From Nemertoderma westbladi (lineage: Eukaryota > Animalia > Xenacoelomorpha), in assembly GCA_032718475.1 (NCBI GenBank), contig JAUCBJ010002550.1:1-64000 (forward strand): a stretch of DNA of 64,000 nt, written 5' to 3'. The translations under genes and the position numbers were made by a program. Position 1 is the stretch's first letter; every line of letters begins with the position of its first letter. The notes below the pieces were generated by a model. That model saw nothing but the letters and a program-made list of their open reading frames with translations, made no database searches and was not told the DNA's origin. Of the stretch, positions 37,501-48,806 are shown piece after piece.

Positions 37501-37575
37501 TCAAGATGCCATGAAGCAAGTTATTTTGCTATTACGACTCCTAATAGCAAAATAACTTGCTTCATGGCATCTTGA
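37501..37575. repeat. Perfect 34-bp inverted repeat with a 7-nt spacer
   Basis: TCAAGATGCCATGAAGCAAGTTATTTTGCTATTA (37501-37534) and its exact reverse complement (37542-37575). Confidence 0.95.
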
Positions 37576-37816
37576 CGCAGTGGATAGCTGCCTTGTATTG
37601 TACATAGCCAACCAGTCTCTCTCTCTATCTGGGTAAACCAAGCACATACTGTAGACTCCATTATGTGGTTTACTTGTGCTAGTAGTAGATGCCACCAGGT
37701 CAAGGCTTGGTTATTGGCCTTATTGGTCAAGGCCTGCTTTACTCTGTATACATTTGACTTATCACAGCAGACTCAGAAATTAGTCATCAATGTAACATAA
37801 ATGATATTATATTCAG

Positions 37817-39034
37817 GGTGTTCGGACACTTCCCCCCCGGACACTTCCCCCCCGGACAGTTCCCCCCCCCGCTCAAGTAGGACACTTCCCCCCCGGACAC
37901 TTCCCCCCCGGACAGTTCCCCCCCGCTCAAGTAGGACACTTCCCCCCCGGACACTTCCCCCCCAGACACTTCCCCTCCCCCCCGCGGACACTTCCCCCCC
38001 GACTGTTCTTAACTTCGCACATTCGTATTTTTCATTTTGTAAGGTAAACGGACCGCTTGTATCCAGATAAGTTGTATCCAATTTTCCTTACGTAGCTCAG
38101 ATAGTGATCTTTTGCATCCTGATTTTACATTTTATATCCAAGTTTTATTTATGGGTTTTATCAATGCAATTACATAGTATTGTTTGCTAATCTTTAAACG
38201 ATTAATTATATTAGATGACCTATAAATTCCATCCACCGAATGATATACTGTTTTTATTAACTATAGAATTATAATAATTAATTGTTTTAATTATAGGTAT
38301 TATTATGTAATAGTCTTCTTCAAATTGTAGCAGATGGGGATGAATATTATTGTTGCAATCAAAATTATACCTCTCTAGGGTAAAATCGACATGCGTCGAC
38401 CTGTATTCTGTGTTCAGCATTACATACAGTATTAATATACATATTACTACTATACATACTATATAGATATTATACACACTACATATTAAATTTCCTGGTT
38501 ACTTGCGATATTTTTAATAGGATTTTGTTGAATTATATAATATTGTAGTAATTTATATATTAAATTGGTTAACATTCAATACAGCTCCTACTTTAGGCTT
38601 AGTCAATTTATTATCTGATGATACAAACATGAATTAGTTATTTCAAAGTGGTCTTAAGTCTTTCACCACGGGCACTCAGCGAAATACCGGGTTATGGGGG
38701 CGATAACCCCCAAGAAATGAAGCGGGGGGGTTTGGGGGCGGCAGCCCCCAAGAAAAGAAGCGGGGGTTTGGGGGCGGCAGCCCCCAACAAAAGAAGCGGG
38801 GGTTTGGGGGCGGCAGCCCCCAATTAAAAGAAATTAAAAGAATTAAAGGAATTAAAAGAGAAACAAACAAAATTTGACTATAAAAATGTTTCTTTTATAA
38901 TTTTGAAAAAACTTGTCTAGATACAACTTGTCCTGTAACCATCTTTAACTTTTGTTTATTGCTTTGATGCACCCAGATTAATTTTAACACTTTAACTGGG
39001 GGGGAAGTGTCCGGGGGGCAAGTGTCCTAGATCC
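37817..39034. mobile_element. Non-autonomous Mutator-like (MULE) element with repeat-built TIRs
   Basis: 9-bp TSD TATATTCAG at 37808-37816 and 39035-39043. Ends GGTGTTCGGACACTT... and ...AAGTGTCCTAGATCC. Tandem GGACACTTCCCCCCC units at the left end, inverted copies at the right end. Confidence 0.75.
38695..38822. repeat. Four tandem GC-rich hairpin units (about 37 bp)
   Basis: TTGGGGGCGGCAGCCCCCAA three times plus one variant, separated by AAGAAGCGGGGGT. Confidence 0.85.
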
Positions 39035-40059
39035 TATATTCAGTTATCTGGTCTTTTGTGGTATTCCACTGTCATTTAATAGCTACTTATTGGTCTTTAA
39101 ACAATGTCGAAGTCTCACCATTTTAAAGGATTGAAGTTTTACCGCGACAAGTTCATAGCACTTGCTAACAGCCCGAGTGGGAGTAGAAATCTGTACGTAA
39201 CTTTACAGCGTTTGATAACATAACTTTACAGTGTTTGAACCCATAACTTCTCAGTTTTTGATCCCATAACTTTAGGCCTAAAGTACCGTTTATCATTTAT
39301 TATATTACAATTTTACCGATGTACAATTTTACCGTAATGTAAATAGTTTTTATTATATTACAATATAATAATATTCTGTATTTTAGAAAAGACCTACGAT
39401 TTTATAATAGCTCAATTTATTATAATAGCTAATATGATTTCAATATAATGGTATGTATAACGGTATACCTCTTTTTGTGCCATTTTGGTACATTGTTTTA
39501 ATTACATAAACGTTTCACTGCAGTTCATTTGTGTAATGAGTAATGATTTATTTAATCAATAAATATTTATCTACTAATTATTAAAAGCAAAGAAATATGT
39601 AATATTCAAATTTATATTTTCCCTTAATTTCAAACCCTCTTTTTTATTTTCCTTCCCTTTCGTCTTTATTATCTTTTTTAACGCAACATGTGGGCGTGGG
39701 GTGGGCCTTCGCGCCGCACAAGAGTGAGTTAGTAAGCCTAGATAACAATATATTTAGCACCACCTAGTGGCGGGCCAAGGAAATTGTGCGACGCCAGAAA
39801 CTGCCTCATTTATTTGAGACCAAAGATTAGACCGACTGACGACAGACCGTCAGACAATCAGACAGACCTACACGAGGTTGAGATAGTGATACTTGTAAAC
39901 TAAGATCTCTAACTTTCTTGACTTTTTCTTTCCCTACCCTTCTTTTGCTTTTCTCCTTTCCTTTCTTTTCCCCTTTTCTCTTGCCCCTCTTTTTCCTCCT
40001 TTGTTATAATTTTTTCTTCCCCCCTCCGATCAGGCTATCTTACCCCAGCCCTAGCTCAG

Positions 40060-41824
40060 TTGGTAGAGCGTTGGAAATTATAAGTGTAGTAGGTATCGAG
40101 TTCGAATCCTAGTAAGTGCGAATTATTTTTTGTGCAGAATTTCAACTCATTTAAATTAACCGCTACAAATTAATTGCATTTATCTGTACCAATGAGACTG
40201 TAGTTATTTGATTGTAACCAATGTCGTGCAAGTTATATATTAGCTGGACCAATAGCTATCTTTAAAACCTTGTTAGAACCTATAGAACAATCGAGAATTT
40301 TCTCGATTGATTGCAGCACAAATTTGGTATATAAAGGTGCGATTTCGTTCATTAGTTCACTACTCAATCACTTCAATATTCACATCATTATTCTGTCGTG
40401 CTTAGTTTATTCTCAGATTACATTGTATTATAATTGTATCTTCTGTAATAAAGTCAGAATATTCCCTCAGTTTTCTATCTGTTTTACTATGGTTTCACTA
40501 CGGTGAACAAACTCAGGGACAGGATGGCCAGCTAGAGATCGGGCCGCAGCAATGAACGGGAACATCACGGGAATGTAGACGAGAGACAACCCGCAATACC
40601 TTTAGAGTTATTCGCCCATCGCCTGAAAGGTTAGACAGCGTTTGATCCTTGCTACCTAAGTGTAAGACCAAAAGATCAACAGGTAGAAGTAGTGACACGC
40701 TGTAAGCCCAAAATTACATCATAGGGACTGTACTGTCTTGATTCAGGAAAACCCACAGTAGACCTTCACATTCCTACGGGGGGAGAGCGCAGGCAGATAC
40801 TAGTACGCAGATAGGACGTAGGCACACCGGTACAAGGCATACACATTGGTTAGGGTGCAGCAAACTGTACGCTTAACTCTTGCTAAGTACAGGTGCGCGT
40901 GCGACTATTTGCAGTACGACAGTGTCCATTGCATTAGAACTTGTAGGCTAAGGGGGTTGCTGTGTTTTCACCTGAATTGGGATTGTACCGTTCAGGCGGT
41001 AGGGCAGTTTACACTAGGCGCAAATAAATTGAGGCTATCAGGGATATACTAACATCTACCGTGTCCCCGCCAACGCCCTAATAGGAAGTTACCCGGACTA
41101 CCTGGGTGACTAAAATTCTAGATAGGAGCCAGGATAGCTATTAGTACCCGTACGCCTACAGTAGTAAACTAACACATCTCTTCTTAGTATCAGGGACCTG
41201 GTACCTAAAATTGCCGAATTCTGGGCGTAGTATTAACCTTATGCCTGAATTTGAGTCCTGGAAATACGCAAGAGGGGAAGGAACCTTATCATTCGTGAGT
41301 ATTGGACCTACAAGTTACAAAATTAGAATATTCGTAAAATGCACACCGTACCCAGTAATTATATATGTGAAGGAGCAAAACTGTTTTGACCGTTCAGAAT
41401 TAACACACGCGCGTTAGAAATTATTTACACCTCGAAATATATAAAATTAACTTAGTCCGTACTGTGCTTTGCCCGCTAGTTAGACATCTCCAAATCTCTG
41501 CCTGTACCTAGCTAGCGTCCCTTCGCCCAACCATATAAATCACACCGCGGCAAAGTATACGAGCCTCTTAGTCCGTCAGTGAGTCAGCCTGATTTTAGGA
41601 TTCGCTGCGCGGGATTTTGTTTTATCGAAGTTTGTCTGCTCGTAGACTGTTTTCTGCCTCACCGGTTATAAGAGATCGATACTGCAATATATTCGCTTAC
41701 TTAGGGTTTACTGTTTTGGTGAGAAGGTCGGATTTATGATTTGATTTACAAACTTTACAGTAGGATATTGCAGGTATTGTTACCGTCTCTTCCGATAGTA
41801 GGAATAGGCGTATCTCTTCAATTA
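40060..41824 (+). repeat. 3' LTR of BEL-1, part 2
   Basis: Matches 21646-23410 with only a few substitutions visible. Confidence 0.92.
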
Positions 41825-41967
41825 ATAATACACCCTGTAGTTACCACGTAGAACCTATACTATACTATAATACATCCTGTAGTTACCACGTAGAGCCTAT
41901 ACTATACTATAATACATCCTGTAGTTACCACGTAGAGCCTATACTATAATACATCCTGTAGTTACCA
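41825..41967. repeat. Last ~3.5 monomers of the satellite (array boundary)
   Basis: Same core resumes after the TSD and ends at ...GTTACCA (41967). Confidence 0.95.
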
Positions 41968-43480
41968 TTTATATTATCACATTTGTTAAAACATCGCGAT
42001 ACTTGTAGTTTTACTTACCCAATAAATTTGATTTCAATCGTACTGTAACAGGAGTAAATATTTTTCAAGGAATTTTCTCAACTACAGTATTTATAGAATA
42101 TTATTCAGCTTTGATATCTAAATTTTTTTTTAGTTTTTATTCAAATAGTATCGTTAGGTTTCAGTAATGGGTAATATTTACTTTGGATAAACAAAATGTC
42201 GGAAACTTACTCAACTGCTTTAGCTGGTAAATTAATCACTGCAATATTACCAATGATCGATTATCATCTAGACTAGCATAGCTAGGCCCTACTATAAACG
42301 TGTGAATTAACCTAATGTGTAACTACAGTATGTACCAGTACATGTGAATTTGAAAGTATGGTACTTGTTTATGGGGTTATTTGATTTTAATCTTGTTATG
42401 TGCTGTACTGTACCTAACGGCAGCGTAAGGCTTGTAAGCTCCACTGGAACAGTAATTCGTTTGTAGTAAAAGGCGTATGTCGAAAGAAATAATTATAGAA
42501 TACATCGGTCAACAACATTATTACCTTTTCTTGAGGACTGATTCCGCGTGCCCCGACAAGCATTGAGTTTAAATACAGTATGCTATGCCTATGGGTGTGT
42601 CAATGGCGCAAAATACCCGCAAAAACAAAATGTGTGTTTAGTGGGGTTGAAAAATTAATTTAATTTAATTTAAAACATTAAGGGAAATGAGTAGGTTACA
42701 GTACAAAAACAATAAACGAGACTTTATCTTCCTTGCGGTCAATTTGCGCTGAAGATCAAAATTTTTACTTGCGGTCAATTTGCGCCATTATATATGCTAT
42801 CGGTAGGCTACAGTACTTTATACATCTTGTTATTTGCTACACCACACCCGTAAGGTGGCACTGTTATATGTAGCACTGTATGTATTATCATATATATTTT
42901 TAATATTTCAGTATTATGGATCAAAACAATCAAACAATACTGTAGGGTATGTTGTTGATTATTTTTACTGGTTTCATTTAGACTGTTGTCATGTTAGTTG
43001 TACCACTGGTGTTTTGATTGCCTTTCTGGCCCAGTTATTATTAAATAAACGCAATAATTTTTATTGTCCGTTTAAATCACTCATGATGTCCTTTTTTTTA
43101 CTTATAATGTCCTCCAGAAATTTACCGTTAGGTTCCATGTTACCATGTCCACCGGGTCCATGTCTCAGGCTATCAGTACCGGTATTATGTAGTATATAGA
43201 GCACTATATTAGTATTGCTGTATTGTATGTACAGATGTAGGTATAAAGCAGGTATTTTAGTACCGGTTCCGGCACCGGTATTGCTGTAGGCCTATTGTGT
43301 AGCCTACCATTTAAATACGGTAATGGTAGGCCTACCGGCTGACCGGTTGTGCTAATAAATTTTAAATAATTGATAGGCCAAACTGGATTGTGGAAAATGT
43401 GGATATTGTGGATATACCTTTCACATAATTTATCAGTTTTATAATGGATCATGACTACTGTCTTCTACTAACCGGCCTGA

Positions 43481-45285
43481 CTACTCCTTTCCCTCAATTA
43501 GTTAAGTGATCGTTTATTGTTTTGGTTAGAAAATCCCGTCTCTGTAACCTGCTCCTTTCCCTCAATTAGTTAAGTGATCGTTTATTGTTTTGGTTAGAAA
43601 ATCCCGCCTCTGTAACCTGCTCCTTTCCCTCAATTAGTTAAGTGATCGTTTATTGTTTTGGTTAGGAAATCCCGCCTCTGTAACCTGCTCCTTTCCCTGA
43701 ATTTGTAAAGTGACCGTTTATTGTTTTTGTTAGAAAATCCCGCCTCTGTAACCTGCTCCTTTCCCTCAATTAGTTAAGTGATCGTTTATTGTTTTTGTTA
43801 GAAAATCCCGCCTCTGTAACCTGCTCCTTTCCCTCAATTAGTTAAGTGATCGTTTATTGTTTTGGTTAGAAAATCCCGCCTCTGTAACCTGCTCCTTTCC
43901 CTCGATTAGTTAAGTGATCATTTATTGTTTTGGTTAGAAAATCCCGCCTCTGTAACCTGCTCCTTTCCTTCATTTAGTAAAGTGACTGTTTATTGTTTTG
44001 GTTAGAAAATCCCGCCTCTGTAACCTGCTCCTTTCCCTCAATTAGTTAAGTGAACGTTTATTGTTTTGGTTAGAAAATCCCGCCTCTGGAACCTGCACCT
44101 TTCCCTTTCCCTCAATTAGTTAAGTGATCGTTTATTGTTTTTGTTAGAAAATCCCGCCTCTGTAACCTGCTCCTTTCCCTCAATTAGTTAAGTGATCGTT
44201 TATTGTTTTTGTTAGAAAATCCCGCCTCTGTAACCTGCTCCTTTCTCTCAATTAGTTAAGTGATCGTTTATTGTTTTGGTTAGAAAATCCCGCCTCTGTA
44301 ACCTGCTCCTTTCCCTCGATTAGTTAAGTGATCATTTATTGTTTTGGTTAGAAAATCCCGCCTCTGTAACCTGCTCCTTTCCCTCAATTAGTTAAGTGAT
44401 CGTTTGTTGTTTTTGTTAGGAAATCCCGCCTCTGTAACCTGCTCCTTTCCCTGAATTGGTAAAGTGACCGTTTATTGTTTTGGTTAGAAAGGACCGCCTC
44501 CTTAACCTGCTCCTTTCCTTCATTTAGTAAAGTGACTGTTTATTGTTTTGGTTAGAAAATCCCGCCTCTCTAACCTGCTCCTTTCCGTCAATTAGTTAAG
44601 TGATCGTTTATTGTTTTGGTTAGAAAATCCCGCCTCTGTAAGCTGCTCCTTTCCCTCAATTAGTTAAGTGATCGTTTATTGTTTTGGTTAGGAAATCCCG
44701 CCTCTGTAACCTGCTCCTTTCTCTCAATTGGTAATGTTATCGTTTATTGTTTTGGTTAGAAAAGACCATCTATGTAACCTGCTCCTTTCCTACATTTGGT
44801 AAAGTGATTGTTTATTGTTTTGGTTAGAAAATACCGCCTCTGTAACCTGCTCCTTTCCCTGATTTTGTAAAGTGACCGTTTATTGTATTGGTTAGAAAGG
44901 CTAGCCTCTTTAACCTGCTCCTTTCCTTAATTTGGTAAAGTGACTGTTTATTGTTTTGGTTAGAAAATCCCGCCTCTAAAACCTGCTCCTTTCCGTCAAT
45001 TAGTTAAGTGATCGTTTATTGTTTTGGTTAGAAAATCCCGCCTCTGTAAGCTGCTCCTTTCCCTCAATTAGTTAAGTGATCGTTTTATTGTTTTGGTTAG
45101 GAAATCCCGCCTCTGTAACCTGCTCCTTTCCCTGATTTGGTAAAGTGACCGTTTATTGTTTTGGTTAGAAAGGCTAGCCTCTTTATCCTGCTCCTTTCCT
45201 TCATTTGGTAAAGTGACTGTTTATTGTTTTGGTTAGAAAATCCGGTCTTAACCTGCTCCTTTCCATCAATTGGTAATTGTTTTTG
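43481..45285. repeat. 68-bp minisatellite, about 26 copies
   Basis: Consensus CCCTCAATTAGTTAAGTGATCGTTTATTGTTTTGGTTAGAAAATCCCGCCTCTGTAACCTGCTCCTTT; copies diverge more toward the right. Confidence 0.97.
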
Positions 45286-45395
45286 GCTATTAAATGAGTG
45301 TTTTGCTACGTCATGTGGTAATCGACTATCGACAACAACCACAAACTATTAAATTTAGAGTCTTTTACCACAGACGCATATGGAAATCTATCTCA

Positions 45396-45505
45396 TCTTC
45401 TATACCTATAAATATCAAATTCTGTCTGTCTCTCTCTCTCTCTGTGTTCGAACTCCTCCAAAACGGGCGGAGGGATTGCGCTGGAACTTGGCATGTGTGT
45501 ATAAC
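45396..45505 (+). mobile_element. Helitron-like 5' terminus (non-autonomous type)
   Basis: A|TCTTCTATACCTATAAATAT followed by a (CTGT)/(CT) microsatellite and CTCCTCCAAAACGG...GAACTTGGCA. This layout is typical of animal non-autonomous Helitron heads; no 3' CTAG end was located. Confidence 0.4.
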
Positions 45506-45608
45506 TTTAACCAGCGGTCGTACTGTACCAGGCCCATTCTCCACTGGTACTGTAAAAGGCACAAAGTCATAACTAGTTTTCAGATATTGTCTGATTCGGA
45601 GGATTATA

Positions 45609-45747
45609 GCTCGCGTGCTCGCTTGCTCGCGTGCTTGCATTCTCGCGTGCTCTCTTGCTCACGTGCTCGCTTGCTCGCGTGATGGCGTGCTCGCTTGCTG
45701 GCGTGCTCACGTGCTGGCGTGCTCGCTTGCTGGCGTGCTCGCGCGCT
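45609..45747. repeat. Degenerate 8-bp GC-rich tandem repeat (GCTCGCGT/GCTCGCTT)
   Basis: Directly visible 8-bp periodicity. Confidence 0.85.
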
Positions 45748-47746
45748 CTATCTGTCAAAAGATATTTGTTGGCAAATGTAAGAATTATTTACCACCATTT
45801 ATTACAGTATTACGGATTTGTGAGATTAAGGGGGCTGTACTCCCCCCTTAATAACGAAACGAAAATCTTGAGTGATCCAACAGAAACTTATAATATTTAC
45901 ATATAAAATATGGTTAAAACGGAGGAACGAAAAGCAGAACCAAAGGCGTTACTAAAATAATAATAAAAAGATTCGCAATATTAGACTACGGTAAACAATG
46001 AACAATAATGCTCTCCATTGATATTATACTGTACATATTTGTTGTATTTACCACACTCAGGTTGTATCTACTGTATGTAATATTATTACTCTACTGTATA
46101 TATATTTCTCTCTATTTTATATTTCTCATATTTCACTATATTTCTCTATATTATATTTTTCAATAAATAAATATACACCACTCAGCCACTTGGCAGGTTG
46201 GGGTCGAAATTCCCTGTATTTTTTTTTATTAACATAGTGACGTCGGTCCAGCCGACATTATATTATCTTCAAAGTAAAATTGTGTAGTACATCATGCACA
46301 AGTAACGGGTAAAACGAGTAAAACGAACGCGCAAATAATTACATGTGCTGCGTAGTACATCCGGTAAAAGTAGCGAGTAGACCAAACACACAATCACAAA
46401 CACATAGGTTAAAAAAAATAAAAATACGTACATTGTCGGTAGGACCCTATAAACTTATAAAATAAAGAGTTTGTTACGATCGATTTCGAGCTCCTAGGCC
46501 CATTCTCAAGTAAATAATTAACAATATGAAATCACATTACAGACTAAATAATGAAATGGAGTAGGCCTACATGGAATAGCTGAATACGTAAGAAAATTAC
46601 AGAAATACACTAAAATAAGTAACGAAATAAACTGCAAAGCCCTGGTAAAACTCAGAAACCGAACAACAGACTTACAATAAAATAAATACTGATTTAATAC
46701 AGTTAGATGTTGTACGATAAAACCAAAGATACCGTTACCGGTTTGTAATGCTGGTTCTGTAGTCTGATAGCCTGGGCTACATGGTGTACGGTGTAGGCCA
46801 TGGTACGGTAGGCTGTCAGGCAGGGTCAGTACACCAGTACAATTCGTACTAACAGTTGACAGATAAAATATTCAGGTGAACCTAAAGATATACAGTACAG
46901 TAGTTAAAATAACGGGGCGGGAAAAGTTAATATAGAGCACCATATACCATAGTAGAACTAAATAAAAGGACATGGCATATAAAATAAGTAGAACAAATAG
47001 GGCATGACTAAAAGTAAATAAAGGCACGGCGTATTGGAATAAATTAATTTAAACTTGTGCAAAATCTTAAACTACAGTAGTTACGATAGGTTGTGTTAAA
47101 CATAAAATAAACTAAATTAAAACTGGAATCCAAAATTCCAACAGTTTTTATTTTCATTCCATTTTTATAATTCCATTTTTTCATACACCGAGATATGGAG
47201 GGGACCATTGCCCCCAATGATATATCCCACACAGGGAAAGTCGATGAACCCGAGAGGCGAAGCACAGCCAGAGAAGCTGCATCCGTACCGTCGAGCGCAC
47301 TGGAGATTCAAGCGATGGGAATGGCAACACTAATCGACGCGCTAAAATCTAGAATAGAGCTGCCACCCGTGGAGCCTTTTAAGTTTGATGGTAGCAAGCC
47401 GGAAGAATATCTACGTTCCTGTGTAAGACTTTAATCATTAATAGGGTTTTGCAATCAAGGCGTACTATATACAAGGCCAAATATAAAGCGCAGACATAGT
47501 TGGTTAATAATAGGAATATTTAATTATTAATATTGCATTATCAGCCGATACAATACACTTCTTGTCGAACCCACCACCTTATATTTAGTAATAGTAACTT
47601 AAATATGCAAGTGCTGCACGGTACGCTAGGCCTATGTAATAGCTGAAAGCTACTAACAGCAATAAACTGCACCGAATGGGAAAAACACAAAGCATTGTAT
47701 TACAGTGTTGTAAATCACATTACATAAATGGATAACGTATTATACA

Positions 47747-48806
47747 AATTATACATAACCTTATGTAAATTATTCATAACTACTGGATGAAGGCGCCAAA
47801 TGGAGGAGCTCTGACTTAAATTGTTCGAATTAGACTTCAGTGACTTGATTTCTTTTACATAATGGCGATGTTGTTCTATCGAAATAAGGTAGTTCAATGA
47901 ATAACTATGTTCAGAACCAGACAAAGATCCCTTTGTCATTGATTTTGGATTCTTTATATTATGTACAAATCGGAATATCCAGGCTAATATCCTAACAGGT
48001 TTATTAATGTTTGAATAATCCTCTAGCTTCAGTAAAGAACAGTCTGACAATGGTTCTATGGCTTCAATGGTTAAAAGTTGAGGAGGGGGTGTAGGCTCAA
48101 TTGGCCATGATGACTCTGGATATCTGAGAAACTCAGGTCCATTCAAATATAAGTAATTTACTGCCAACCTAGATAGGCTACACCCACGCGAAGGAATATC
48201 TGCGGGATTTTGGGTTGTGGAAACATAACGCCACATTGCTGATTCTGTATTTTGGTTTATTTCAGAGAGTCTATTATTTACAAAAATATCCTTTTTGGCT
48301 GAACCTTTGCGAATCCAGAATAAGGCACAAAGTGAATCAGTCCATAGATGCATTCTATAAGGCTTACATATCTCCTTATTAATATGGTTGGCAAATCGAC
48401 TACCCAGTAGGCAAGCCATAAGCTCAAGGCGGGGTGTTGAAAGACCTGGTTTGCGTGGGGCAGCTCTAGATTTCCCATAGAACAATATTGGTACTCTATT
48501 GGGGTGAGCTATATAGGCCAAAAATGCATAGGCAGAAGAAGAAGCATCGCAGAATATGTGTATGGAACAATCCTGAGAAAAGTAGACACAGCGTGGGAAA
48601 TATATTACCATTCCAGCCTCTGACAACCACTTTGACCATTGACATTGCAGAGGCTCTGAAACTGTCGCATTCCATCCTTCCCCAGATTCCCATGACTTCT
48701 GAAGAATTAGACGAATCACTATCGTCCAAGCACATAATAACCCAAGTGGATCAAATACCTGAGCAGACATCTTTACCAACTCTCGGCGGGTAAAGCTAGT
48801 ACACAT
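47747..48806 (-). CDS. BEL-2 RNase H region (frameshifted continuation, truncated before integrase)
   Basis: VFDPLG, HIFCDAS, STPRLELMA, LWTDS, NPADIPSRG, GPEFL; the frame then runs into the 3' LTR. Confidence 0.88.

Larger units (their letters stand above)
36287..40051. mobile_element. 3765-bp non-coding insertion without TIRs in the tRNA A-box of the 3' LTR (candidate non-autonomous Dada-like transposon)
   Basis: TAGCTCAG is duplicated at 36279-36286 and 40052-40059. No terminal inverted repeat and no poly-A tail. CGTCCYAGG occurs four times near the left end. The insertion is certain, the family is tentative. Confidence 0.6.
21505..41824 (+). mobile_element. Full-length BEL/Pao LTR retrotransposon (BEL-1) with an extra ORF and an interrupted 3' LTR
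   Basis: Two near-identical 1906-bp LTRs. TSD ATAAT at 21500-21504 and 41825-41829 is in register with the satellite monomer. Domain order gag-PR-RT-RH-IN with BEL signatures. Confidence 0.95.

Noticed and set aside
37773-38870. Gly/Pro-rich ORFs (GGSVRGG, WGLPPPNP)
   Set aside because: Translations of tandem DNA repeats in the MITE.
39686-39890. Helentron/DINE-like fragment with (GACA)-rich tract
   Set aside because: Resemblance only; subterminal inverted repeats and boundaries could not be verified.
42602-42789. Imperfect inverted repeat AATGGCGCAAA...CCGCAA suggesting a small MITE
   Set aside because: Termini and TSD could not be defined.
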